Shown: positions 19,565 through 29,785 of the stretch, one piece after another
Layout of the letters: each line of letters opens with the position of its first letter
How positions within the stretch are numbered: position 1 is the stretch's first letter
Assembly (NCBI GenBank): GCA_013152085.1
Contig: JAADHC010000072.1
Coordinates: 57,455-121,454 of the forward strand
Length of the DNA: 64,000 nucleotides
Reading direction: 5' to 3'
Source: Chlorobiota bacterium
GTDB lineage: Bacteria; Bacteroidota; Bacteroidia; Bacteroidales; VadinHA17
Program-made: the position numbers and the translations under genes
Notes under the pieces: model-generated
What the model saw: the letters and a program-made list of their open reading frames with translations, nothing else
What the model was told of the DNA's origin: nothing
The model's database searches: none

Positions 19565-21109
19565 TTATCCCATAGCCGGAACCGGCAAAGATTTTAGTCC
19601 GGTTTGAATGCGGGCAATGGTTTCATCCCTGCCCAGGATCTCCATAATATCGAAAAGGTGAGGTCCCCGGGGACTACCAACGAGTAAAAGTCGTAAAATA
19701 TTTAATACATTTCCCGGCTCCAACCGGTTTTCTGACAACCAGTCTTTAATCGCTTTTTCGAGCAGGTCGGACTGGAAAGGCGAAACATTTTCAAGCAGCG
19801 GAATTATTTTCGATATGATTCCCGGCATGTCCCCCTTCCAGCGTTTACGTATTGTTTTTTCATCAAAAGAAGCGGGAGGTTCAAAGAAAAAATCAGCTTG
19901 TGACCATAGCTGATGGACAAAATCAACCCTGTCTTTAATCAGGGGGATGATCCGGTTCACTTTATCAGGAGAAGCAGGTTTTTTTTTCTTTTCAAGCTCC
20001 TGTATAAACATCTTTACCCACTTATCATTATCGAGTTGTTGCAGGTGCTGGTGGTTGAACCATACCGCTTTCTGAGGGTCAAAACGGGCGCCCGATTTAC
20101 CCACATTTTCAAGTGAAAAGTTGTTGATCAATTCATCCATGGTAAAGATCTCATGATCCGTTCCGGGATTCCAACCCAGTAATGCGAGCATATTGATCAG
20201 GGCTTCAGGCAAATACCCTGCTTCCCGGTATCCCTTGTATACTTCTCCCTCAGGGGATCTCCATTCAAGCGGAAATACAGGGAAGCCCATCTTATCCCCG
20301 TCACGTTTACTCAATTTTCCTTTTCCCTGTGGCTTCAGGATCAGCGGCAAATGTGCAAACTTCGGAGGTTCCCAGCCGAAAGTTCTGTACAAAAGAATAT
20401 GTAAGGGTAATGAAGGGATCCATTCTTCACCCCTGATCACATGGGATATCTCCATCAGATGGTCGTCAACTACATTGGCCAGGTGGTAAGTAGGCATTCC
20501 GTCTGACTTGAAAATTACCTTGTCATCAAGGGAAGAAGTGTTAAAGGTCAGATTTCCCCTGATTTCATCCGGAATTTGTAAAGGTTCGCCCGGTTCGATT
20601 TTGAATCGTATGACAAATGGAGCATTCTTATTGCATAGCTTTTTTATATCCTTATCAGTAAGTGTCAGGGAATTCCTAAGTTTTTTTCGTTCATTATAAT
20701 TATAGCTAAATGCCTTTCCTTGCTTTTCATATTCTTTCCGTAAGGTTTCCAGTTCTTCCTGTGTATCGAAGGCATAATAAGCTTTACCATCTTTTAATAA
20801 TTCATCAACATATTTTTTATAAATATCACGTTCTGCCCTACGGCTTTGTCTGTAAGGTCCTTTTCTTTGATTTCCCCCACGTTTTCCTATTCCTTCGTCA
20901 ATCTGTATTCCACACCATTTCAGTGAATCCAGAATGTATTTTTCAGCACCTTTAACATAACGGGTTCGGTCTGTATCTTCAATACGAAGGATCATCTTTC
21001 CGTTGTTTTTACGTGCGAAAAGATAATTGAACAATGCCGTTCGTACACCACCGATATGCAGAGGACCTGTTGGACTCGGGGCAAATCTGACCCTGACAGG
21101 CTGTTCCAT
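19565..21109 (-). CDS. gltX: Glutamate--tRNA ligase
   Basis: HIGH-type motif (RFAPSPTGPLHIGG) and KMSKS-type motif (KLSKRDG). The track ORF extends to 21139, but a -7 box lies inside that extension. The ATG at 21109 (MEQPVRVRFAPSPTG) fits the family N-terminus. Confidence 0.92.
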   Translation of the reverse strand: MEQPVRVRFAPSPTGPLHIGGVRTALFNYLFARKNNGKMILRIEDTDRTRYVKGAEKYILDSLKWCGIQIDEGIGKRGGNQRKGPYRQSRRAERDIYKKYVDELLKDGKAYYAFDTQEELETLRKEYEKQGKAFSYNYNERKKLRNSLTLTDKDIKKLCNKNAPFVIRFKIEPGEPLQIPDEIRGNLTFNTSSLDDKVIFKSDGMPTYHLANVVDDHLMEISHVIRGEEWIPSLPLHILLYRTFGWEPPKFAHLPLILKPQGKGKLSKRDGDKMGFPVFPLEWRSPEGEVYKGYREAGYLPEALINMLALLGWNPGTDHEIFTMDELINNFSLENVGKSGARFDPQKAVWFNHQHLQQLDNDKWVKMFIQELEKKKKPASPDKVNRIIPLIKDRVDFVHQLWSQADFFFEPPASFDEKTIRKRWKGDMPGIISKIIPLLENVSPFQSDLLEKAIKDWLSENRLEPGNVLNILRLLLVGSPRGPHLFDIMEILGRDETIARIQTGLKSLPVPAMG

Positions 21110-21127
21110 GTTTTTCAAAGTTTGCTG

Positions 21128-21135
21128 CAAAGTTA
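21128..21135 (-). promoter_or_regulatory. Candidate -7 promoter box (TAACTTTG) for gltX
   Basis: Exact TAnnTTTG match on the minus strand, 18 nt upstream of the ATG at 21109. Confidence 0.35.
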
Positions 21136-21258
21136 GCAAAGTAGGTTAATCCGTCAATCATAAAAGAATTGTAATGGTGGCCGTTTAACGCATGTTAAAT
21201 ATCATTGTGTGAAGGGAAAATATTTGGTTAATTCGCAGACATAACCGAATCAGGCACT

Positions 21259-22218
21259 ATGGAGAACATCATGATCATCGGAGCTTCGGGACAGATTGGC
21301 TCCGAGCTGACAATGAAACTGCGGAAAATGTACGGTCATTCGCATGTTTTTGCGACAGACTTGAAAGATCCTCCGCCGGATGTGCGGGAAAGCGGCCCGT
21401 TCGAATTGCTTGATGTCATGGATGACAAGAGGCTGATCCATTTTGTTATCCGTCATAAGATCACACAGATCTATCACCTGGCAGCTGTTCTTTCCGGGAA
21501 TGCGGAAAAGTTACCCATGCAGGCCTGGCGGATCAATATGGATGGGTTGCTGAATGTGCTGGATCTGGCAAAGGAGGTGGAGGAAATCCGGAAAGTTTTT
21601 TGGCCCAGTTCAATTGCTGTTTTCGGACCCTCAACACCCAGGGAAAATACACCTCAGCTAACCATTATGGAGCCCAATACGGTCTATGGCATCAGTAAAC
21701 TGGCAGGGGAGCGGTGGTGTGAATATTTTTATCATCGTTATCAGGTTGATGTACGGAGTATCCGGTATCCGGGTTTAATCAGTTACAAAACCGAGCCGGG
21801 TGGCGGTACAACCGATTATGCCATCGAGATTTTTTTCGAAGCACTTAAAAAAGGTTCTTATACCTGTTTCTTACGTAAAGATGCCAAGTTGCCCATGCTT
21901 TTTATGTCCGACGCCATTGATGCTACCATTGGTCTGATGGAAGCTGAAGCATCGGGTCTGAGTATCCGGAGTGGTTATAATATCGGAGGGCTTAGTTTTA
22001 GTCCTGATGAACTGGCCGCTGAGATCAGGAAACAAATACCGGATTTTACCATCAGGTATAAACCCGATTACCGACAGGCTATTGCAGAAGGATGGCCCAG
22101 AAGCATTGATGACCATGTGTCCAGGAAGGATTGGGGATATCAACCTGAGTATAACCTGCAGGAAATAGTTAAGGTAATGATGGAAGGCGTTAAAGATAAA
22201 ATAAACTACAAAAAATAA
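21259..22218 (+). CDS. tdh: L-threonine 3-dehydrogenase (NAD-dependent epimerase/SDR type)
   Basis: 319 aa with a GASGQIGSEL Rossmann motif and a YGISK catalytic YxxxK. It lies immediately upstream of kbl (4-nt spacer). Confidence 0.75.
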   Translation: MENIMIIGASGQIGSELTMKLRKMYGHSHVFATDLKDPPPDVRESGPFELLDVMDDKRLIHFVIRHKITQIYHLAAVLSGNAEKLPMQAWRINMDGLLNVLDLAKEVEEIRKVFWPSSIAVFGPSTPRENTPQLTIMEPNTVYGISKLAGERWCEYFYHRYQVDVRSIRYPGLISYKTEPGGGTTDYAIEIFFEALKKGSYTCFLRKDAKLPMLFMSDAIDATIGLMEAEASGLSIRSGYNIGGLSFSPDELAAEIRKQIPDFTIRYKPDYRQAIAEGWPRSIDDHVSRKDWGYQPEYNLQEIVKVMMEGVKDKINYKK

Positions 22219-22222
22219 AATT

Positions 22223-23413
22223 ATGTACGGAAAATTCAAGGAACATTTGCAGCAGGAGGTTGCCTCGATTAAGGAGGCAGGTCTCTATAAAGATGAACGT
22301 ATTATTACTTCTCCGCAAGGTGCTGAGATTACCATTTCCACCGGGGAGAAGGTACTGAATTTTTGTGCTAACAATTATCTGGGATTATCCAATAATCCAA
22401 AACTGATCGGGGCTGCCAAAGATGCCCTTGATCAGAGAGGCTACGGAATGTCATCGGTACGTTTTATATGCGGAACGCAGGATATACACCGGGAACTGGA
22501 GCGGAAAATTGCTGATTTTTTCGGAACGGAAGACAGCATTTTGTATGCAGCCTGTTTTGATGCGAACGGGGGTATTTTCGAACCCTTATTTAACGGAGAT
22601 GATGCTATTATTTCGGATGCACTCAACCATGCTTCCATCATTGACGGTGTGCGGTTATGTAAGGCGCAACGGTTCAGGTATGCCAATGGAGACATGGGTG
22701 ATCTGGAAAATAAATTACAGGAAGCACAAAAAGCCCGTTTCAGGGTCATTGTTACAGATGGTGTATTTTCTATGGATGGGAATGTAGCCCCCGTGGATGA
22801 GATTGTCAGGTTGGCAGAACAATATGATGCACTGGTTATGGTGGATGAGAGCCATTCTGCGGGGGTGGTTGGTGAAACCGGCCGGGGTGTGACGGAACTT
22901 TTTCATATTCGCGGGAAGGTGGATATGATCACCGGAACCCTGGGGAAAGCTTTTGGCGGAGCTATTGGCGGATATACAACCGGACGTAAGGAGATCATTG
23001 AGATGTTACGACAACGTTCCAGGCCGTATTTGTTTTCCAATTCGCTTCCTCCTGCTGTAGTGGGTGCCGGTATACGGATGTTTGAAATGATGGATGAAAC
23101 CAATGAACTTCAGGAAAAACTTCACCATAATACGGCATATTTTATGGATAATATGAAAAAACTGGGCTTTGACCTCAAACCCACACAATCGGCCATTTGT
23201 GCTGTCATGCTGTATGATGCAAAGCTCTCGCAGGATTTTGCCCGGTTATTGCTCGATGAAGGGATTTACGTGATAGGCTTTTACTATCCTGTGGTTCCCC
23301 GGGGACAGGCAAGGATAAGGGTACAGTTATCCGCAGCACATAAAACGGAACATATTGATAAGGCGGTTGCTGCCTTTGAAAAAGTAGGACGAAAGCTTGG
23401 AGTTATCGGGTAG
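22223..23413 (+). CDS. kbl: Glycine C-acetyltransferase (2-amino-3-ketobutyrate CoA ligase)
   Basis: 396 aa, alpha-oxoamine synthase family (NNYLGL, DESHSAG, GTLGKAFGG with the PLP lysine). Confidence 0.9.
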   Translation: MYGKFKEHLQQEVASIKEAGLYKDERIITSPQGAEITISTGEKVLNFCANNYLGLSNNPKLIGAAKDALDQRGYGMSSVRFICGTQDIHRELERKIADFFGTEDSILYAACFDANGGIFEPLFNGDDAIISDALNHASIIDGVRLCKAQRFRYANGDMGDLENKLQEAQKARFRVIVTDGVFSMDGNVAPVDEIVRLAEQYDALVMVDESHSAGVVGETGRGVTELFHIRGKVDMITGTLGKAFGGAIGGYTTGRKEIIEMLRQRSRPYLFSNSLPPAVVGAGIRMFEMMDETNELQEKLHHNTAYFMDNMKKLGFDLKPTQSAICAVMLYDAKLSQDFARLLLDEGIYVIGFYYPVVPRGQARIRVQLSAAHKTEHIDKAVAAFEKVGRKLGVIG

Positions 23414-23457
23414 ATTGCATAAAGATATATATATAAAAAAAAACGTCTAAGAATAAA

Positions 23458-26073
23458 TTATCCGCATTTGGATGATCCGCAATCCAGACAGATCAGGCAC
23501 CCTTCCTGATAGATCAGGTTTTCGGAGTCACAAGACTGGCATTTTTCACCATGAAATGCTTTGGTGCCATCAGGGATGAATTTTTTCAAGGCTCTTTCCA
23601 CACCCACTTTCCAGGTATTGATATTTTCACTGTCGAGCTGCAGTTTCTTGACCAGTTCTACAACATTTGGTATGGGCATCCCGTGGCGAAGTACGCCGGA
23701 TATCAGTTTTGCATAGTTCCAAAACTCCTTATTAAACATATGTGACAATCCACCCACGGTATTCAGGTAGCCATATTTGTCCGTATACTGAAAATCATAC
23801 CTGGCTTTTCCGTTTTCCTCCCGGTTTTTTATGATTTTTCCTTTTTTTATTGACTTGGGAATAACCAGGGCATCTTCCTCAGCCCGGCCTGTAAAGATTT
23901 CATAAGGTCGTCCGTCTTTAATACCAACAAAAGCAACCCAGCTTTCGTTGTTGTTATGAAAACGGACAATTTCCGCATCCAGTACTTTGGGTCGTTTGTC
24001 GAATTTGGGTTTGTCGACAGGAGTTTTCGGATCTGCTGAAAGCAAAACGCCGGAACGGGAGCCGTCACGATAAACGGTTACCCCCTTACAGCCACTGTCC
24101 CAGGCAGTGATATAAAGATGGCCGACAAGGTCTTCGTTGACATTGTTGGGTAAATTTACCGTAACGCTGATAGAATGGTCCACCCATTTCTGGATAGCAC
24201 CCTGCATTTTCACTTTGGCAACCCAGTCAACATCATTGGATGTTGCTTTGTAATAGGGCGATTTTTTAACCAGTTCGGAGATTTTATCATCATCATAATG
24301 AATAACATCGTCAAGGTTATATCCGTTAATTTTAAGCCAGGTTTTAAATTTGTGATGAAAAACATTATATTCTTCCCAGGTATCACCAATTTCATCGACA
24401 AAATTGACCGTAACATTGGTATCATTGGGATTTACTTTACGGCGGCGCTTATAAACAGGAAGGAAGACAGGTTCGATACCTGAGGTGGTTTGCGTCATCA
24501 GGCTGGTTGTTCCCGTTGGTGCAATGGTCAGCAGCGAGATATTTCGTCTGCCATGTTCTGCCATCTCCTCATACAACTTAGGGTCGGCCTCTTTAAGCCG
24601 TTGAATGAACGGATTGTTTTTTTCCCTGCTGGTATCATACACCGGGAATGGGCCCCGTTCTTTGGCTGTTATGGTTGAAGAACGGTATGCTTCAATAGCC
24701 AGGGTTTTATGAATCTCTATGGAAAAGTCGATAGCGTTATCACTTCCGTAGCGGAGATTCAATGCCGCCAGCATATCTCCTTCGGCAGTTATGCCGATAC
24801 CTGTGCGACGACCTTCCAGGGCTTTTTGCCTGATGTTTTCCCACAGGTTTCTTTCAACACTTTTAATCTCATCTTCCTCGGGATCTTTATTGATCTTATC
24901 CAGGATCTTATCTACTTTTTCCAGTTCGAGATCGATAATATCGTCCATAATGCGCTGGGCATAATGGACATGTTTTTTATACTTATCAAAGTTAAATTTT
25001 GCATTTTCAGTAAACGGCTCATCTACATAACCGTATAGATTAATCGCAATTAACCGGCAGCTGTCGTAAGGACAAAGCGGAATTTCCCCGCATGGGTTGG
25101 TTGCCACGGTGCTAAAACCCAGGTCTGCATAACTGTCGGCAACCGATTCCCGTTTTACCGTATCCCAGAATAATATTCCCGGTTCTGCGGATTTCCAGGC
25201 ATTATGGATGATTTTGTCCCACAGTTTCCGGGCATTGATCTCCTTTTTGTATAAAGGCTCTTTGGCATCAACAGGAAATTGTTGCAGGTAAGGTTTATCT
25301 TCGATAACCGCTTTCATGAATTCATCATCGATTTTTACCGAGACATTGGCCCCGGTAACTTTCCCGGTTTCCATTTTAGCATTGATAAATGCTTCCGCAT
25401 CGGGATGCCTGACAGAAATTGTCAGCATGAGTGCCCCTCGTCGTCCGTCCTGGGCAACCTCACGGGTCGAGTTGGAGTATCTTTCCATAAAAGGTACAAC
25501 GCCCGTAGAGGTGAGTGCACTATTCAATACCGGGGTGCCGGCAGGCCGAATATGCGAAAGGTCATGACCAACGCCGCCCCTGCGTTTCATAAGCTGTACC
25601 TGTTCCTGGTCAATTTTCATGATAGCCCCGTATGAATCTGAGGGACCTTCGTTTCCGATCACAAAACAATTGGAGAGAGAGATGATCTGATAATTATTGC
25701 CGATACCGGACATCGGACCACCCTGGGGGACAATATATTTAAAGTCTTTTAGTAAAGCATATACTTCATCTTCGGACAGCGGGTTGGGATATTTTTTTTC
25801 GATCCGGGCAATTTCCCGTGCGATGCGACGATGCATTTCATCGGGTGTTTTTTCGTAAATCCTCCCGAAAGAATCTTTCAAAGCATATTTGTTTACCCAT
25901 ACCTTGGCGGCAAGTTCATCCCCTTTAAAATAGTTGAGTGAAGCCCGGTAAGCCTCTTCAAACGAGTATGTTTTCTCTTTGGAGCAGGTGGGAGTAACTT
26001 GTACTTCTTTGAATAACAGATTGTTAGGTTGATCGACTTTTGTTTTGGTTTGATTTGAAGAAAAACTGTCCAT
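23458..26073 (-). CDS. nrdJ: Adenosylcobalamin-dependent ribonucleoside-diphosphate reductase (class II)
   Basis: 871 aa with RNR barrel motifs (NPCGEIPL, TIAPTGTTS). It has an inserted domain and a C-terminal Cys-rich zinc ribbon (CQSCDSENLIYQEGCLICLDCGSSKCG) typical of monomeric/dimeric class II enzymes. Confidence 0.85.
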   Translation of the reverse strand: MDSFSSNQTKTKVDQPNNLLFKEVQVTPTCSKEKTYSFEEAYRASLNYFKGDELAAKVWVNKYALKDSFGRIYEKTPDEMHRRIAREIARIEKKYPNPLSEDEVYALLKDFKYIVPQGGPMSGIGNNYQIISLSNCFVIGNEGPSDSYGAIMKIDQEQVQLMKRRGGVGHDLSHIRPAGTPVLNSALTSTGVVPFMERYSNSTREVAQDGRRGALMLTISVRHPDAEAFINAKMETGKVTGANVSVKIDDEFMKAVIEDKPYLQQFPVDAKEPLYKKEINARKLWDKIIHNAWKSAEPGILFWDTVKRESVADSYADLGFSTVATNPCGEIPLCPYDSCRLIAINLYGYVDEPFTENAKFNFDKYKKHVHYAQRIMDDIIDLELEKVDKILDKINKDPEEDEIKSVERNLWENIRQKALEGRRTGIGITAEGDMLAALNLRYGSDNAIDFSIEIHKTLAIEAYRSSTITAKERGPFPVYDTSREKNNPFIQRLKEADPKLYEEMAEHGRRNISLLTIAPTGTTSLMTQTTSGIEPVFLPVYKRRRKVNPNDTNVTVNFVDEIGDTWEEYNVFHHKFKTWLKINGYNLDDVIHYDDDKISELVKKSPYYKATSNDVDWVAKVKMQGAIQKWVDHSISVTVNLPNNVNEDLVGHLYITAWDSGCKGVTVYRDGSRSGVLLSADPKTPVDKPKFDKRPKVLDAEIVRFHNNNESWVAFVGIKDGRPYEIFTGRAEEDALVIPKSIKKGKIIKNREENGKARYDFQYTDKYGYLNTVGGLSHMFNKEFWNYAKLISGVLRHGMPIPNVVELVKKLQLDSENINTWKVGVERALKKFIPDGTKAFHGEKCQSCDSENLIYQEGCLICLDCGSSKCG

Positions 26074-26357
26074 GCCTTGTCTCTTTAAAGCTTTGAAAAA
26101 CTAATAGATATGTCTTGAGAAAATGTACTGAAGACGGATATGCAATTTATAGGAAGAAGCATCCAAAACCAAGACAATTTACGTTGGTTTTATTAACATT
26201 TTGTTAAAGTTATTAACGGAAGAGAGAGATGTTTCAGGTTCAGAGGGTTGACTGTAATGAACAGGAAATCAACATATAACGAAGGCGGTTTGTTTTTGGA
26301 AAAGATAAAATAAGCGGGTTGTTTCCAATGGCTATGCGGCCTTCCTGCCGGCAGGAC

Positions 26358-26396
26358 AAAAAGAAAAAAGGTGCCCCGTGAACGGAAGCACCTTTT
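26358..26396 (-). terminator. Rho-independent terminator downstream of the TonB-dependent receptor gene
   Basis: The minus strand reads AAAAGGTGC-TTCCGTTCACGGG-GCACCTTTT followed by TTCTTTTT. The stem arms are at 26388-26396 and 26366-26374, and the structure starts 20 nt after the stop at 26416. Confidence 0.6.
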
Positions 26397-26415
26397 AAAA
26401 AATTAAAAAATTTGT

Positions 26416-29400
26416 TTAGAAGATATAACGCAATCCGACCTGTGCCTGCCAGCGTGAACTTACGATACCGGAATCATCAATATTCCAGATATTTCCGCTG
26501 GGTTTGTTAAAACTGAAAGTAGGTGTCGTACCATCGGTATCAAAACCTTCAAAACGGATCAGTCTGTAATAATCATAAGATACATAATACCTCCTACCCC
26601 AGTTTTTATTGAGAAGATTGGTCAGGTTAAATACATCAAAGGTTACCTGGAGGGTGTTTTTTATGTCTCCGGTGGTTACAAAGATGTCCTGAGCAATCTT
26701 CATGTCAACGACATTATTGAAGGGGAGACGTGCACCGTTTCTTTCGGCATATTCGCCCCGGTGTTTACTCAGGTAAGCATCATTTTCAATAAAGTCGTTC
26801 AGGTCAGTCCACTGTTGTGATGCGGTAGCGGCATCGGCAAAAACAATATCACCCTGGTTTTTGGGAATATAGATCAGGTTGTTATCACTTTCCCCGTTTC
26901 CGTTCATATTCCCGCGATCATTGTAAATATAGGAGAAACGAGGTCCTGACTGGCCATTATAATAGAGTCCGATTGTGGTAGCCAGGTGGTTGGCATATTC
27001 TTTCCTGTAGCTAAGGAAAGCTACAACCCTTGAACCCAGGTCGAAGTCTGAATAGCTTAAATCAAGGTTATTCAGGCCGTTCACCTGTTCCATATATCTC
27101 CATTGCGATGAGTTCTGTGAAGAAGTGGCATCGTTTACTGCCATCGCACGGCCGTAAGTATAGGCAATGCTTGCGGTAAGCCCGTTGTCAAAGGGTTTTT
27201 GCAATTGAAAAGTAATGTTATAGGTATACCCTTTGTTGGTATTTGTACCCAGCATTACGCGGGTATAATCGGGATCGAGTCTTGAATTATCCCAGTGAGG
27301 TCTTTTATCAGCGCCGGTCATAGTAAAATCGGGAACGGGACTTACGTTAACATTATAGTATAACATATTGTTGATGGTCTTGGTGTAGATCCCTTCGATG
27401 GTTCCGACCATATTCCACGGGAGTTTATAATCAACTGCGAGGTTGGTACGGAAAACCTGCGGGAATTTGAAGTTTTTGGCAAACAGGTCAACCTGGCCGC
27501 CCCAGTCGGCATCGGTGTATCCGAAGTCGGCATTTTTATACTGTTGATCCCACTGGGGACGGAAATAGATGGGAGTTCCCCAGGAGCTTCTGTGATATAC
27601 ACCGCCAATGGTTATTCCGTTGTTGGTATAGGAGCCACCCGGCCATACCAGCGGAAGGCGTGAGGTAAAGATCCCGATACCACCACGAAGCTGGAGGGTT
27701 TCATCTCCTTTAACATCCCAGTTAAAGCCGACTCTTGGTGAAAACAATATCTGGGGTTCAGGCATTTGTCCTGCCTGAGCGCCCATCAAATCCCAGCCGG
27801 CAGCTTCGAGAGCTGGTGCGGTAACGGTATTGAAATGATTATCTGCTTTTGGTTTTTTCGGAAACATCGGAACATCCACACGAATCCCGTAAGTGAGTTT
27901 AAAGTTATTGTTTACCTGGAATTCATCCTGTGCATAAAGACCAAACTGAATCATGGAAAAGTCAGCAGCAGCGGCAGATCCGTCGCCGGTGATATTATCA
28001 ACCAGAGAATAACCTCTTTCGTATTGGTAGGCAGGAACTTCGCCGGCAGTGCCAACGGTAAGGAAATCGGCTACCGAGCTATAGCGGTATTCTCCGAAGT
28101 TTTTACGCATAAACAGGTTATAGGTTTTGGAGAATTCATTATTGGTACCGATGGTGATGGTATGTTTTCCTTTATATAATGTAAAGTTGTCGGTAAGGGT
28201 AAGTACATCCTGATTCAACTGGTTGGCCGTGGAATAGGGTTCCGAACCGGCGTAGATGGTAGCATCTCCGTCATAAATACGGAGTGCGGGGAATGGATCA
28301 CCCAGCGGGTCACGATCGTCCCGGACAGCAGTATAGCCCAAAACCAGATTGTTTGAAAAGTTATTGTAGTTACTTTTCAATTCCAGAGCTGAGGAGTTGG
28401 TAACACTCGGGAAATACTGGCTGTTGTTCATGAAACTGAGTGCGGTTTTACTGGAGGCACTGGCTTTTACAGCTTCGTTGTTGGTATAAGAGTGACGTAC
28501 CATCAGTTTGTGATGTTCGCTGATGTTCCAGTTGAGTTTCAATAAAAACTTATCAGAATTAAGAGTAGCTGTTTTATCCAGGAAATCCCCCGGCTCATAG
28601 CCGAAACTTCTCAGTTTATCTGCAACTGCGTTAATGGTAGCAAGGTCTGAGTCGCCGGTGTAATTTGCAAAATCAAAAGGTTTCGGGGTTTGGTCGCGTT
28701 GCATTTCCGCACTGGCAAAGAAAAAGAGTTTATTCTTAATGATCGGGCCGCCCAGGCGGAAACCGTAAGTATTGGAAGAAAAATCGGGAAGTTTGGTACG
28801 TTCGACGGCTGTATCATCTGTCGGAGTAAGTCCCGCCAGGTTTTGATTCCTTGTCAGGTAGTAGGCTGATCCTTTAAAGGTGTTCGTACCACTACGGGTT
28901 ACGGCATTAATACTGGCACCGGCAAAACCAGACTGGCGGACATCATAAGGAGCAAGAACTACCTGGAACTGTTCAATGGCATCCATACTGATGGGAGTCC
29001 CGCCTGTTTGTCCGCCATTGGTTCCGGTAGCTGCAAGTCCAAAGACATCATTGTTTACGGCCCCGTCAATGGAGATGGCATTGTAACGATTGTTCATACC
29101 GGCAATGGAAATCGAACCGTTTCCTCCGACTGAGGCCTGTGGTGTTAGTCTTGTGAAATCAGTCAGATCGCGGGCAACGGTAGGCATGGTAGTAATTTCC
29201 TGCTCACCGATCACGGTTTCCGCACCGGTACGGTTACCATCAAATACATTGTATTCTCCCAGGCGGCTACCGGTCACCTGTACTTCGGCAAGCTGGATAT
29301 TCTGCTGTCCCAGTGTAACATTTAAGCGGTAGGTCTGACCAAGAGTCAGGTAAATGCCGTCTTTTTCAAATGGCTGATAACCGACAAAAGAGACAGTAAC

Positions 29401-29643
29401 TTTATACGGGCCACCGACCTGCATATTGGGTAGTCGAAAATACCCCTCCGTATCGGTTATCCCGCCAAACTGCGATCCGGTAGGCTGGTGGATGGCAATG
29501 ACAGTAGCGCCGGGAAGCGGTGTTCCTTCATTGTCCATTACCCTGCCGTTCATCCCTGCAGTAGTTGTTCCCTGACCGTAACCGGGAAGGACAAATCCTG
29601 CAACAAGTAATAAACTTGTAAAAAAACTTAGAATAGCTCTCAT
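26416..29643 (-). CDS. TonB-dependent outer-membrane receptor with N-terminal carboxypeptidase-regulatory-like domain
   Basis: The ATG at 29643 gives MRAILSFFTSLLLVAGFVLPGYGQ, a signal peptide. A CarbopepD_reg-like domain follows (GRVMDNEGTPLPGATV...GYFRLPN...YKVTVSFVGY), then a plug and a large barrel. The protein ends in ...GLRYIF. The track ORF extends 38 codons further, to 29757. Confidence 0.85.
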   Translation of the reverse strand: MRAILSFFTSLLLVAGFVLPGYGQGTTTAGMNGRVMDNEGTPLPGATVIAIHQPTGSQFGGITDTEGYFRLPNMQVGGPYKVTVSFVGYQPFEKDGIYLTLGQTYRLNVTLGQQNIQLAEVQVTGSRLGEYNVFDGNRTGAETVIGEQEITTMPTVARDLTDFTRLTPQASVGGNGSISIAGMNNRYNAISIDGAVNNDVFGLAATGTNGGQTGGTPISMDAIEQFQVVLAPYDVRQSGFAGASINAVTRSGTNTFKGSAYYLTRNQNLAGLTPTDDTAVERTKLPDFSSNTYGFRLGGPIIKNKLFFFASAEMQRDQTPKPFDFANYTGDSDLATINAVADKLRSFGYEPGDFLDKTATLNSDKFLLKLNWNISEHHKLMVRHSYTNNEAVKASASSKTALSFMNNSQYFPSVTNSSALELKSNYNNFSNNLVLGYTAVRDDRDPLGDPFPALRIYDGDATIYAGSEPYSTANQLNQDVLTLTDNFTLYKGKHTITIGTNNEFSKTYNLFMRKNFGEYRYSSVADFLTVGTAGEVPAYQYERGYSLVDNITGDGSAAAADFSMIQFGLYAQDEFQVNNNFKLTYGIRVDVPMFPKKPKADNHFNTVTAPALEAAGWDLMGAQAGQMPEPQILFSPRVGFNWDVKGDETLQLRGGIGIFTSRLPLVWPGGSYTNNGITIGGVYHRSSWGTPIYFRPQWDQQYKNADFGYTDADWGGQVDLFAKNFKFPQVFRTNLAVDYKLPWNMVGTIEGIYTKTINNMLYYNVNVSPVPDFTMTGADKRPHWDNSRLDPDYTRVMLGTNTNKGYTYNITFQLQKPFDNGLTASIAYTYGRAMAVNDATSSQNSSQWRYMEQVNGLNNLDLSYSDFDLGSRVVAFLSYRKEYANHLATTIGLYYNGQSGPRFSYIYNDRGNMNGNGESDNNLIYIPKNQGDIVFADAATASQQWTDLNDFIENDAYLSKHRGEYAERNGARLPFNNVVDMKIAQDIFVTTGDIKNTLQVTFDVFNLTNLLNKNWGRRYYVSYDYYRLIRFEGFDTDGTTPTFSFNKPSGNIWNIDDSGIVSSRWQAQVGLRYIF

Positions 29644-29756
29644 AACAGTTAAGTTTAACAGGTTAAATGAATAATCAAAAAATAAAACGGATAAAAAAAG
29701 AAGGTAAGCAAAATGCGTATTTCTTTGTGCATATTCATCGCTTTTGAAAAGCGACA

Positions 29757-29764
29757 CAAAGATA
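29757..29764 (-). promoter_or_regulatory. Candidate -7 promoter box (TATCTTTG) for the TonB-dependent receptor gene
   Basis: Exact TAnnTTTG match on the minus strand, about 114 nt upstream of the ATG at 29643. It lies inside the spurious N-terminal extension of the track ORF. Confidence 0.25.
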
Positions 29765-29785
29765 CATAAACGGAAGTTGTGAACC

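Noticed and set aside
26344-26355. 12-bp palindrome CCTGCCGGCAGG, with a related TGCCGGCAGG 10-mer at about 41338
   Set aside because: A single 10-mer recurrence in 128 kb of two-strand sequence is close to chance expectation (about 0.1). No consistent context links the two sites.
26074-26415. Cobalamin riboswitch upstream of nrdJ or downstream of the TBDR gene
   Set aside because: I found no B12-box-like conserved core on either strand. In addition, B12 riboswitches normally control B12-independent isozymes or transporters rather than nrdJ. This remains unverified without an Infernal scan.
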